Positions 1 through 13,301 of a DNA stretch of 64,000 bases are shown here, piece by piece. This stretch comes from Auanema rhodensis (taxonomy: Eukaryota > Animalia > Nematoda): assembly GCA_964057225.1 (NCBI GenBank), contig OZ059900.1:26102001-26166000 (forward strand). The letters are read 5' to 3'. The translations under genes were made by a program, and so were the position numbers. The notes under the pieces are model-generated. The model saw nothing but the letters and a program-made list of their open reading frames with translations. It did no database searches and was not told the origin of the DNA. Every line of letters starts with the position of its first letter. Within the stretch, counting starts at the first letter, position 1.

Positions 1-3000
1 AGCATGTAAAACGCTTCATTTTGATATGTAAAACGCTGAAATTCGTTGCATTTGACGACTCATATGAACAAAAATCGATTTTATCAATATTAGCCATAAG
101 GGGCGTGCCCTCAGAATATGCTAATTTCCTTAATTTTCTAACCCCTGTTTTTTTGTCGTGAAAGTGGAACTAGACGTTGTACGAACAATTTTGAGCTAGG
201 TTTCATTGACATTGCATGAGTTTGAACACATGAAATCGTAAGTCAAAACCTTGTTTACAGCGAAATTTCCAAAAACTGGTTTTCCAGCATAATACAATAT
301 TTCTCATGGGAAATACTGTGTTTTTATATTTTTCTAGTGTTCAGCATGTAAAATGCTTCATTTTAGTATGTAACACGCTGAAATTCGTTGCATTTGACGA
401 CTCATATGAACAAAAATCGATTTTATCAATATTAGCCATAAGGGGCGTGCCCTCAGAATATGCTAATTTCCTTAATTTTCTAACCCCTGTTTTTTTGTCG
501 TGAAAGTGGAACTAGACGTTGTACGAACAGTTTTGAGCTAGGTTTCATTGACATTGCATGAGTTTGAACACATGAAATCGTAAGTCAAAACCTTGTTTAC
601 AGCGAAATTTCCAAAAACTGGTTTTCCAGCATAATAAAATATTTCTCATGGGAAATACTGTGTTTTTGTATTTTTTCAGTGTTCAGCATGTAAAATGCTT
701 CATTTTAGTATGTAACACGCTGAAATTCGTTGCATTTGACGACTCATATGAACAAAAATCGATTTAATCAATATTAGCCATAAGGGGCGTGCCCTCAGAA
801 TATGCTAATTTCCTTAATTTTCTAACCCCTGTTTTTTTGTCGTGAAAGTGGAACTAGACGTTGTACGAACAATTTTGAACTAGGTTTCATTGACATTGCA
901 TGAGTTTGAACACATGAAATCGTAAGTCAAAACCTTGTTTACAGCGAAATTTCCAAAAACTGGTTTTCCAGCATAATAAAATATTTCTCATGGGAAATAC
1001 TGTGTTTTTGTATTTTTTTAGTGTTCAGCATGTAAAATGCGTCATTTTAGTATGTAAAACGCTGAAATTCGTTGCATTTGACGACTCATATGAACAAAAA
1101 TCGATTTTATCAATATTAGCCATAAGGGGCGTGCCCTCAGAATATGCTAATTTCCTTAATTCTCTAACCCCTGTTTTTTTGTCGTGAAAGTGGAACTAGA
1201 CGTTGTACGAACAATTTTGAGCTAGGTTTCATTGACATTGCATGAGTTTGAACACATGAAATCGTAAGTCAAAACCTTGTTTACAGCGAAATTTCCAAAA
1301 ACTGGTTTTCCAGCATATTAAAATATTTCTCAAGGAAAAAACTGTGTTTTCATATTTTTCAAGTGTTCAGCATGTAAAATGCTTCATTTTAATATGTAAC
1401 ACGCTGAAATTCGTTGCATTTGACGACTCATATGAACAAAAATCGATTTAATCAATATTAGCCATAAGGGGCGTGCCCTCAGAATATGCTAATTTCCTTA
1501 ATTTTCTAACCCCTGTTTTTTTGTCGTGAAAGTGGAACTAGACGTTGTACGAACAATTTTGAGCTAAGTTTCATTGACATTGCATGAGTTTGAACACATG
1601 AAATCGTAAGTCAAAACCTTGTTTACAGCGAAATTTCCAAAAACTGGTTTTCCAGCATAATAAAATATTTCTCATGAGAAATACTGTGTTTTTGTATTTT
1701 TTTAATGTTCAGCATGTAAAACGCTTCATTTTGATATGTAAAACGCTGAAATTCGTTGCATTTGACGACTCATATGAACAAAAATCGATTTTATCAATAT
1801 TAGCCATAAGGGGCGTGCCCTCAGAATATGCTAATTTCCTTAATTTTCTAACCCCTGTTTTTTTGTCGTGAAAGTGGAACTAGACGTTGTACGAACAATT
1901 TTGAGCTAGGTTTCATTGACATTGCATGAGTTTGAACACATGAAATCGTAAGTCAAAAACCTTGTTTACAGCGAAATTTCCAAAAACTGGTTTTCCAGCA
2001 TAATACAATATTTCTCAAGGGAAAAACTGTGTTTTTATATTTTTCTAGTGTTCAGCATGTAAAATGCTTCATTTTAGTATGTAACACGCTGAAATTCGTT
2101 GCATTTGACGACTCATATGAACAAAAATCGATTTTATCAATATTAGCCATAAGGGGCGTGCCCTCAGAATATGCTAATTTGCTTAATTTTCTAACCCCTG
2201 TTTTTTTGTCGTGAAAGTGGAACTAGACGTTGTACGAACAGTTTTGAGCTAGGTTTCATTGACATTGCATGAGTTTGAACACATGAAATCGTAAGTCAAA
2301 ACCTTGTTTACAGCGAAATTTCCAAAAACTGGTTTTCCAGCATAATAAAATATTTCTCATGGGAAATACTGTGTTTTTGTATTTTTTCAGTGTTCAGCAT
2401 GTAAAATGCTTCATTTTAGTATGTAACACGCTGAAATTCGTTGCATTTGACGACTCATATGAACAAAAATCGATTTAATCAATATTAGCCATAAGGGGCG
2501 TGCCCTCAGAATATGCTAATTTCCTTAATTTTCTAACCCCTGTTTTTTTGTCGTGAAAGTGGAACTAGACGTTGTACGAACAATTTTGAGCTAGGTTTCA
2601 TTGACATTGCATGAGTTTGAACACATGAAATCGTAAGTCAAAACCTTGTTTACAGCGAAATTTCCAAAAACTGGTTTTCCAGCATAATAAAATATTTCTC
2701 ATGGGAAATACTGTGTTTTTGTATTTTTTTAGTGTTCAGCATGTAAAATGCGTCATTTTAGTATGTAAAACGCTGAAATTCGTTGCATTTGACGACTCAT
2801 ATGAACAAAAATCGATTTTATCAATATTAGCCATAAGGGGCGTGCCCTCAGAATATGCTAATTTCCTTAATTTTCTAACCCCTGTTTTTTTGTCGTGAAA
2901 GTGGAACTAGACGTTGTACGAACAATTTTGAGCTAAGTTTCATTGATATGCATGAGTTTGAACACATGAAATCGTAAGTCAAAACCTTGTTTACAGCGAA

Positions 3001-6000
3001 ATTTCCAAAAACTGGTTTTCCAGCATAATAAAATATTTCTCATGAGAAATACTGTGTTTTTATATTTTTCTAGTGTTCAGCATGTAAAATGCTCCATTTT
3101 AGTATGTAACACGCTGAAATTCGTTGCATTTGACGACTCATATGAACAAAAATCGATTTTATCAATATTAGCCATAAGGGGCGTGCCCTCAGAATATGCT
3201 AATTTCCTTAATTTTCTAACCCCTGTTTTTTTGTCGTGAAAGTGGAACTAGACGTTGTACGAACAGTTTTGAGCTAGGTTTCATTGACATTGCATGAGTT
3301 TGAACACATGAAATCGTAAGTCAAAACCTTGTTTACAGCGAAATTTCCAAAAACTGGTTTTCCAGCATAATAAAATATTTCTCATGGGATATACTGTGTT
3401 TTTGTATTTTTTCAGTGTTCAGCATGTAAAATGCTTCATTTTAGTATGTAACACGCTGAAATTCGTTGCATTTGACGACTCATATGAACAAAAATCGATT
3501 TAATCAATATTAGCCATAAGGGGCGTGCCCTCAGAATATGCTAATTTCCTTAATTTTCTAACCCCTGTTTTTTTGTCGTGAAAGTGGAACTAGACGTTGT
3601 ACGAACAATTTTGAGCTAGGTTTCATTGACATTGCATGAGTTTGAACACATGAAATCGTAAGTCAAAACCTTGTTTACAGCGAAATTTCCAAAAACTGGT
3701 TTTCCAGCATAATAAAATATTTCTCATGGGAAATACTGTGTTTTTGTATTTTTTTAGTGTTCAGCATGTAAAATGCGTCATTTTAGTATGTAAAACGCTG
3801 AAATTCGTTGCATTTGACGACTCATATGAACAAAAATCGATTTTATCAATATTAGCCATAAGGGGCGTGCCCTCAGAATATGCTAATTTCCTTAATTCTC
3901 TAACCCCTGTTTTTTTGTCGTGAAAGTGGAACTAGACGTTGTACGAACAATTTTGAGCTAGGTTTCATTGACATTGCATGAGTTTGAACACATGAAATCG
4001 TAAGTCAAAACCTTGTTTACAGCGAAATTTCCAAAAACTGGTTTTCCAGCATAATAAAATATTTCTCAAGGGAAAAACTGTGTTTTCATATTTTTCAAGT
4101 GTTCAGCATGTAAAATGCTTCATTTTAGTATGTAACACGCTGAAATTCCTTGCATTTGACGACTCATATGAACAAAAATCGATTTAATCAATATTAGCCA
4201 TAAGGGGCGTGCCCTCAGAATTTGCTAATTTCCTTATATTTCTAACCCCTGTTTTTTTGTCGTGAAAGTGGAACTAGACGTTGTACGAACAATTTTGAGC
4301 TAGGTTTCATTGACATTGCATGAGTTTGAACACATGAAATCGTAAGTCAAAACCTTGTTTACAGCGAAATTTCCAAAAACTGGTTTTCCAGCATAATAAA
4401 ATATTTCTCATGGGAAATACTGTGTTTTTGTATTTTTCTAGTGTTCAGCATGTAAAATGTTTCATTTTAGTATGTAACACGCTGAAATTTGTTGCATTTG
4501 ACGACTCATATGAACAAAAATCGATTTAATCAATATTAGCCATAAGGGGCGTGCCCTCAGAATATGCTAATTTCCTTAATTTTCTAACCCCTGTTTTTTT
4601 GTCGTGAAAGTGGAACTAGACGTTGTACGAACAATTTTGAGCTAGGTTTCATTGACATTGCATGAGTTTGAACACATGAAATCGTAAGTCAAAAACCTTG
4701 TTTACAGCGAAATTTCCAAAAACTGGTTTTCCAGCATAATACAATATTTCTCAAGGGAAAAACTGTGTTTTTATATTTTTCTAGTGTTCAGCATGTAAAA
4801 TGCTTCATTTTAGTATGTAACACGCTGAAATTCGTTGCATTTGACGACTCATATGAACAAAAATCGATTTTATCAATATTAGCCATAAGGGGCGTGCCCT
4901 CAGAATATGCTAATTTCCTTAATTTTCTAACCCCTGTTTTTTTGTCGTGAAAGTGGAACTAGACGTTGTACGAACAGTTTTGAGCTAGGTTTCATTGACA
5001 TTGCATGAGTTTGAACACATGAAATCGTAAGTCAAAACCTTGTTTACAGCGAAATTTCCAAAAACTGGTTTTCCAGCATAATAAAATATTTCTCATGGGA
5101 AATACTGTGTTTTTGTATTTTTTCAGTGTTCAGCATGTAAAATGCTTCATTTTAGTATGTAACACGCTGAAATTCGTTGCATTTGACGACTCATATGAAC
5201 AAAAATCGATTTAATCAATATTAGCCATAAGGGGCGTGCCCTCAGAATATGCTAATTTCCTTAATTTTCTAACCCCTGTTTTTTTGTCGTGAAAGTGGAA
5301 CTAGACGTTGTACGAACAATTTTGAGCTAGGTTTCATTGACATTGCATGAGTTTGAACACATGAAATCGTAAGTCAAAACCTTGTTTACAGCGAAATTTC
5401 CAAAAACTGGTTTTCCAGCATAATAAAATATTTCTCATGGGAAATACTGTGTTTTTGTATTTTTTTAGTGTTCAGCATGTAAAATGCGTCATTTTAGTAT
5501 GTAAAACGCTGAAATTCGTTGCATTTGACGACTCATATGAACAAAAATCGATTTTATCAATATTAGCCATAAGGGGCGTGCCCTCAGAATATGCTAATTT
5601 CCTTAATTTTCTAACCCCTGTTTTTTTGTCGTGAAAGTGGAACTAGACGTTGTACGAACAATTTTGAGCTAAGTTTCATTGACATTGCATGAGTTTGAAC
5701 ACATGAAATCGTAAGTCAAAACCTTGTTTACAGCGAAATTTCCAAAAACTGGTTTTCCAGCATAATAAAATATTTCTCATGAGAAATACTGTGTTTTTGT
5801 ATTTTTTTAATGTTCAGCATGTAAAATGCTTCATTTTGATATGTAAAACGCTGAAATTCGTTGCATTTGACGATTCATATGAACAAAAATCGATTTTATC
5901 AATATTAGCCATAAGGGGCGTGCCCTCAGAATATGCTAATTTCCTTAATTTTCTAACCCCTGTTTTTTTGTCGTGAAAGTGGAACTAGACGTTGTACGAA

Positions 6001-9000
6001 CAATTTTGAGCTAGGTTTCATTGACATTGCATGAGTTTGAACACATGAAATCGTAAGTCAAAACCTTGTTTACAGCGAAATTTCCAAAAACTGGTTTTCC
6101 AGCATAATACAATATTTCTCATGGGAAATACTGTGTTTTTATATTTTTCTAGTGTTCAGCATGTAAAATGCTTCATTTTAGTATGTAACACGCTGAAATT
6201 CGTTGCATTTGACGACTCATATGAACAAAAATCGATTTTATCAATATTAGCCATAAGGGGCGTGCCCTCAGAATATGCTAATTTCCTTAATTTTCTAACC
6301 CCTGTTTTTTGTCGTGAAAGTGGAACTAGACGTTGTACGAACAGTTTTGAGCTAGGTTTCATTGACATTGCATGAGTTTGAACACATGAAATCGTAAGTC
6401 AAAACCTTGTTTACAGCGAAATTTCCAAAAACTGGTTTTCCAGCATAATAAAATATTTCTCATGGGAAATACTGTGTTTTTGTATTTTTTCAGTGTTCAG
6501 CATGTAAAATGCTTCATTTTAGTATGTAACACGCTGAAATTCGTTGCATTTGACGACTCATATGAACAAAAATCGATTTAATCAATATTAGCCATAAGGG
6601 GCGTGCCCTCAGAATATGCTAATTTCCTTAATTTTCTAACCCCTGTTTTTTTGTCGTGAAAGTGGAACTAGACGTTGTACGAACAATTTTGAGCTAGGTT
6701 TCATTGACATTGCATGAGTTTGAACACATGCAATCGTAAGTCAAAACCTTGTTTACAGCGAAATTTCCAAAAACTGGTTTTCCAGCATAATAAAATATTT
6801 CTCATGGGAAAAACTGTGTTTTTGTATTTTTCTAGTGTTCAGCATGTAAAATGCTTTATTTTAATATGTAACACGCTGAAATTCGTTGCATTTGACGACT
6901 CATATGAACAAAAATCGATTTAATCAATATTAGCCATAAGGGGCGTGCCCTCAGAATATGCTAATTTCCTTAATTTTCTAACCCCTGTTTTTTTGTCGTG
7001 AAAGTGGAACTAGACGTTGTACGAACAATTTTGAGCTAAGTTTCATTGACATTGCATGAGTTTGAACACATGAAATCGTAAGTCAAAACCTTGTTTACAG
7101 CGAAATTTCCAAAAACTGGTTTTCCAGCATAATAAAATATTTCTCATGAGAAATACTGTGTTTTTGTATTTTTTTAATGTTCAGCATGTAAAATGCTTTA
7201 TTTTAATATGTAACACGCTGAAATTCGTTGCATTTGACGACTCATATGAACAAAAATCGATTTAATCAATATTAGCCATAAGGGGCGTGCCCTCAGAATA
7301 TGCTAATTTCCTTAATTTTCTAACCCCTGTTTTTTTGTCGTGAAAGTGGAACTAGACGTTGTACGAACAATTTTGAGCTAGGTTTCATTGACATTGCATG
7401 AGTTTGAACACATGAAATCGTAAGTCAAAACCTTGTTTACAGCGAAATTTCCAAAAACTGGTTTTCCAGCATAATAAAATATTTCTCATGGGAAATACTG
7501 TGTTTTTGTATTTTTTTAGTGTTCAGCATGTAAAATGCGTCATTTTAGTATGTAAAACGCTGAAATTCGTTGCATTTGACGACTCATATGAACAAAAATC
7601 GATTTTATCAATATTAGCCATAAGGGGCGTGCCCTCAGAATATGCTAATTTCCTTAATTTTCTAACCCCTGTTTTTTTGTCGTGAAAGTGGAACTAGACG
7701 TTGTACGAACATTTTTGAGCTAAGTTTCATTGACATTGCATGAGTTTGAACACATGAAATCGTAAGTCAAAACCTTGTTTACAGCGAAATTTCCAAAAAC
7801 TGGTTTTCCAGCATAATAAAATATTTCTCATGAGAAATACTGTGTTTTTGTATTTTTTTAATGTTCAGCATGTAAAATGCTTCATTTTGATATGTAAAAC
7901 GCTGAAATTCGTTGCATTTGACGACTCATATGAACAAAAATCGATTTTATCAATATTAGCCATAAGGGGCGTGCCCTCAGAATATGCTAATTTCCTTAAT
8001 TTTCTAACCCCTGTTTTTTTGTCGTGAAAGTGGAACTAGACGTTGTACGAACAATTTTGAGCTAGGTTTCATTAACATTGCATGAGTTTGAACACATGAA
8101 ATCGTAAGTCAAAACCTTGTTTACAGCGAAATTTCCAAAAACTGGTTTTCCAGCATAATACAATATTTCTCATGGGAAATACTGTGTTTTTATATTTTTC
8201 TAGTGTTCAGCATGTAAAATGCTTCATTTTAGTATGTAACACGCTGAAATTCGTTGCATTTGACGACTCATATGAACAAAAATCGATTTTATCAATATTA
8301 GCCATAAGGGGCGTGCCCTCAGAATATGCTAATTTCCTTAATTTTCTAACCCCTGTTTTTTTGTCGTGAAAGTGGAACTAGACGTTGTACGAACAGTTTT
8401 GAGCTAGGTTTCATTGACATTGCATGAGTTTGAACACATGAAATCGTAAGTCAAAACCTTGTTTACAGCGAAATTTCCAAAAACTGGTTTTCCAGCATAA
8501 TAAAATATTTCTCATGGGAAAAACTGTGTTTTTGTATTTTTCTAGTGTTCAGCATGTAAAATGCTTTATTTTAATATGTAACACGCTGAAATTCGTTGCA
8601 TTTGACGACTCATATGAACAAAAATCGATTTAATCAATATTAGCCATAAGGGGCGTGCCCTCAGAATATGCTAATTTCCTTAATTTTCTAACCACTGTTT
8701 TTTTGTCGTGAAAGTGGAACTAGACGTTGTACGAACAATTTTGAGCTATGTTTCATTGACATTGCATGAGTTTGAACACATGAAATCGTAAGTCAAAACC
8801 TTGTTTACAGCGAAATTTCCAAAAACTGGTTTTCCAGCATAATAAAATATTTCTCATGAGAAATACTGTGTTTTTGTATTTTTTTAATGTTCAGCATGTA
8901 AAATGCTTTATTTTAATATGTAACACGCTGAAATTCGTTGCATTTGACGACTCATATGAACAAAAATCGATTTAATCAATATTAGCCATAAGGGGCGTGC

Positions 9001-9197
9001 CCTCAGAATATGCTAATTTCCTTAATTTTCTAACCCCTGTTTTTTTGTCGTGAAAGTGGAACTAGACGTTGTACGAACAATTTTGAGCTAGGTTTCATTG
9101 ACATTGCATGAGTTTGAACACATGAAATCGTAAGTCAAAACCTTGTTTACAGCGAAATTTCCAAAAACTGGTTTTCCAGCATAATAAAATATTTCTC

Positions 9198-11933
9198 ATG
9201 GGAAATACTGTGTTTTTGTATTTTTTTAGTGTTCAGCATGTAAAATGCGTCATTTTAGTATGTAAAACGCTGAAATTCGTTGCATTTGACGACTCATATG
9301 AACAAAAATCGATTTTATCAATATTAGCCATAAGGGGCGTGCCCTCAGAATATGCTAATTTCCTTAATTTTCTAACCCCTGTTTTTTTGTCGTGAAAGTG
9401 GAACTAGACGTTGTACGAACAATTTTGAGCTAAGTTTCATTGACATTGCATGAGTTTGAACACATGAAATCGTAAGTCAAAACCTTGTTTACAGCGAAAT
9501 TTCCAAAAACTGGTTTTCCAGCATAATAAAATATTTCTCATGAGAAATACTGTGTTTTTGTATTTTTTTAATGTTCAGCATGTAAAATGCTTCATTTTGA
9601 TATGTAAAACGCTGAAATTCGTTGCATTTGACGACTCATATGAACAAAAATCGATTTAATCAATATTAGCCATAAGGGGCGTGCCCTCAGAATATGCTAA
9701 TTTCCTTAATTTTCTAACCCCTGTTTTTTTGTCGTGAAAGTGGAACTAGACGTTGTACGAACAATTTTGAGCTAGGTTTCATTGACATTGCATGAGTTTG
9801 AACACATGCAATCGTAAGTCAAAACCTTGTTTACAGCGAAATTTCCAAAAACTGGTTTTCCAGCATAATAAAATATTTCTCATGGGAAAAACTGTGTTTT
9901 TGTATTTTTCTAGTGTTCAGCATGTAAAATGCTTTATTTTAATATGTAACACGCTGAAATTCGTTGCATTTGACGACTCATATGAACAAAAATCGATTTA
10001 ATCAATATTAGCCATAAGGGGCGTGCCCTCAGAATATGCTAATTTCCTTAATTTTCTAACCCCTGTTTTTTTGTCGTGAAAGTGGAACTAGACGTTGTAC
10101 GAACAATTTTGAGCTAAGTTTCATTGACATTGCATGAGTTTGAACACATGAAATCGTAAGTCAAAACCTTGTTTACAGCGAAATTTCCAAAAACTGGTTT
10201 TCCAGCATAATAAAATATTTCTCATGAGAAATACTGTCTTTTTGTATTTTTTTAATGTTCAGCATGTAAAATGCTTCATTTTGATATGTAAAACGCTGAA
10301 ATTCGTTGCATTTGACGACTCATATGAACAAAAATCGATTTTATCAATATTAGCCATAAGGGGCGTGCCCTCAGAATATGCTAATTTCCTTAATTTTCTA
10401 ACCCCTGTTTTTTTGTCGTGAAAGTGGAACTAGACGTTGTACGAACAATTTTGAGCTAGGTTTCATTGACATTGCATGAGTTTGAACACATGAAATCGTA
10501 AGTCAAAACCTTGTTTACAGCGAAATTTCCAAAAACTGGTTTTCCAGCATAATAAAATATTTCTCATGGGAAATACTGTGTTTTTGTATTTTTTTAGTGT
10601 TCAGCATGTAAAATGCGTCATTTTAGTATGTAAAACGCTGAAATTCGTTGCATTTGACGACTCATATGAACAAAAATCGATTTTATCAATATTAGCCATA
10701 AGGGGCGTGCCCTCAGAATATGCTAATTTCCTTAATTTTCTAACCCCTGTTTTTTTGTCGTGAAAGTGGAACTAGACGTTGTACGAACAATTTTGAGCTA
10801 AGTTTCATTGACATTGCATGAGTTTGAACACATGAAATCGTAAGTCAAAACCTTGTTTACAGCGAAATTTCCAAAAACTGGTTTTCCAGCATAATAAAAT
10901 ATTTCTCATGAGAAATACTGTGTTTTTGTATTTTTTTAATGTTCAGCATGTAAAATGCTTCATTTTGATATGTAAAACGCTGAAATTCGTTGCATTTGAC
11001 GACTCATATGAACAAAAATCGATTTAATCAATATTAGCCATAAGGGGCGTGCCCTCAGAATATGCTAATTTCCTTAATTTTCTAACCCCTGTTTTTTTGT
11101 CGTGAAAGTGGAACTAGACGTTGTACGAACAATTTTGAGCTAGGTTTCATTGACATTGCATGAGTTTGAACACATGCAATCGTAAGTCAAAACCTTGTTT
11201 ACAGCGAAATTTCCAAAAACTGGTTTTCCAGCATAATAAAATATTTCTCATGGGAAAAACTGTGTTTTTGTATTTTTCTAGTGTTCAGCATGTAAAATGC
11301 TTTATTTTAATATGTAACACGCTGAAATTCGTTGCATTTGACGACTCATATGAACAAAAATCGATTTAATCAATATTAGCCATAAGGGGCGTGCCCTCAG
11401 AATATGCTAATTTCCTTAATTTTCTAACCCCTGTTTTTTTGTCGTGAAAGTGGAACTAGACGTTGTACGAACAATTTTGAGCTAAGTTTCATTGACATTG
11501 CATGAGTTTGAACACATGAAATCGTAAGTCAAAACCTTGTTTACAGCGAAATTTCCAAAAACTGGTTTTCCAGCATAATAAAATATTTCTCATGAGAAAT
11601 ACTGTCTTTTTGTATTTTTTTAATGTTCAGCATGTAAAATGCTTCATTTTGATATGTAAAACGCTGAAATTCGTTGCATTTGACGACTCATATGAACAAA
11701 AATCGATTTTATCAATATTAGCCATAAGGGGCGTGCCCTCAGAATATGCTAATTTCCTTAATTTTCTAACCCCTGTTTTTTTGTCGTGAAAGTGGAACTA
11801 GACGTTGTACGAACAATTTTGAGCTAGGTTTCATTGACATTGCATGAGTTTGAACACATGAAATCGTAAGTCAAAACCTTGTTTACAGCGAAATTTCCAA
11901 AAACTGGTTTTCCAGCATAATACAATATTTCTC
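9198..11933. repeat. 4-monomer higher-order repeat (1368 bp), two copies
   Basis: ORFs 9198/10566, 9792/11160 and 10224/11592 are identical at +1368. The chimeric monomer and the CATGCAAT and ACTGTC alleles are shared. Confidence 0.88.
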
Positions 11934-13301
11934 ATGGGAAATACTGTGTTTTTATATTTTTCTAGTGTTCAGCATGTAAAATGCTTCATTTTAGTATGTA
12001 ACACGCTGAAATTCGTTGCATTTGACGACTCATATGAACAAAAATCGATTTTATCAATATTAGCCATAAGGGGCGTGCCCTCAGAATATGCTAATTTCCT
12101 TAATTTTCTAACCCCTGTTTTTTTGTCGTGAAAGTGGAACTAGACGTTGTACGAACAGTTTTGAGCTAGGTTTCATTGACATTGCATGAGTTTGAACACA
12201 TGAAATCGTAAGTCAAAACCTTGTTTACAGCGAAATTTCCAAAAACTGGTTTTCCAGCATAATAAAATATTTCTCATGGGAAATACTGTGTTTTTGTATT
12301 TTTTCAGTGTTCAGCATGTAAAATGCTTCATTTTAGTATGTAACACGCTGAAATTCGTTGCATTTGACGACTCATATGAACAAAAATCGATTTAATCAAT
12401 ATTAGCCATAAGGGGCGTGCCCTCAGAATATGCTAATTTCCTTAATTTTCTAACCCCTGTTTTTTTGTCGTGAAAGTGGAACTAGACGTTGTACGAACAA
12501 TTTTGAGCTAGGTTTCATTGACATTGCATGAGTTTGAACACATGCAATCGTAAGTCAAAACCTTGTTTACAGCGAAATTTCCAAAAACTGGTTTTCCAGC
12601 ATAATAAAATATTTCTCATGGGAAAAACTGTGTTTTTGTATTTTTCTAGTGTTCAGCATGTAAAATGCTTTATTTTAATATGTAACACGCTGAAATTCGT
12701 TGCATTTGACGACTCATATGAACAAAAATCGATTTAATCAATATTAGCCATAAGGGGCGTGCCCTCAGAATATGCTAATTTCCTTAATTTTCTAACCCCT
12801 GTTTTTTTGTCGTGAAAGTGGAACTAGACGTTGTACGAACAATTTTGAGCTAAGTTTCATTGACATTGCATGAGTTTGAACACATGAAATCGTAAGTCAA
12901 AACCTTGTTTACAGCGAAATTTCCAAAAACTGGTTTTCCAGCATAATAAAATATTTCTCATGAGAAATACTGTGTTTTTGTATTTTTTTAATGTTCAGCA
13001 TGTAAAATGCTTTATTTTAATATGTAACACGCTGAAATTCGTTGCATTTGACGACTCATATGAACAAAAATCGATTTAATCAATATTAGCCATAAGGGGC
13101 GTGCCCTCAGAATATGCTAATTTCCTTAATTTTCTAACCCCTGTTTTTTTGTTGTGAAAGTGGAACTAGACGTTGTACGAACAATTTTGAGCTAGGTTTC
13201 ATTGACATTGCATGAGTTTGAACACATGAAATCGTAAGTCAAAACCTTGTTTACAGCGAAATTTCCAAAAACTGGTTTTCCAGCATAATAAAATATTTCT
13301 C

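Noticed and set aside
187-225. Spliced-leader RNA gene: Sm-like AATTTTGA and GGTTTCATT...AGTTTGA resembling the ends of nematode SL1
   Set aside because: The segment is longer than SL1, differs in the middle, is not followed directly by a GT donor, and the Sm-like site lies upstream rather than downstream.
383-399. CENP-B-box-like ATTCGTTGCATTTGACG, and 342 = 2x171 suggesting primate alpha satellite
   Set aside because: Only 6 of the 9 essential positions of TTCGnnnnAnnCGGG match, with CGGG missing, and I recognise no alpha-satellite sequence similarity.
431-467. Hammerhead ribozyme, as in the ~330-bp newt satellite 2 and Schistosoma Sm-alpha repeats
   Set aside because: The core CUGANGA is absent on both strands (nearest CTGAAAT on + and CTGAGGG on -), and no GAAA follows the stem on the minus strand. 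An Infernal/Rfam scan would be the formal test.
480-486. Telomere-like CTAACCC
   Set aside because: A single unit per monomer, expected by chance; no tandem telomeric tract.
580-679. Intron-like segment: GTAAGT donor ... pyrimidine tract ending TTTTTTCAG/TTCTAG in each monomer
   Set aside because: Such motifs are common in AT-rich DNA. The implied 242-nt exon is not a multiple of three and contains stop codons, and some subtypes lose the AG. It would need spliced RNA-seq reads.
6121-6923. 84-aa, 70-aa (minus strand) and 69-aa ORFs
   Set aside because: They are produced by a 1-bp deletion in the T7 run (possibly a homopolymer error) and by the TGA>TGC allele CATGCAAT, not by independent genes.
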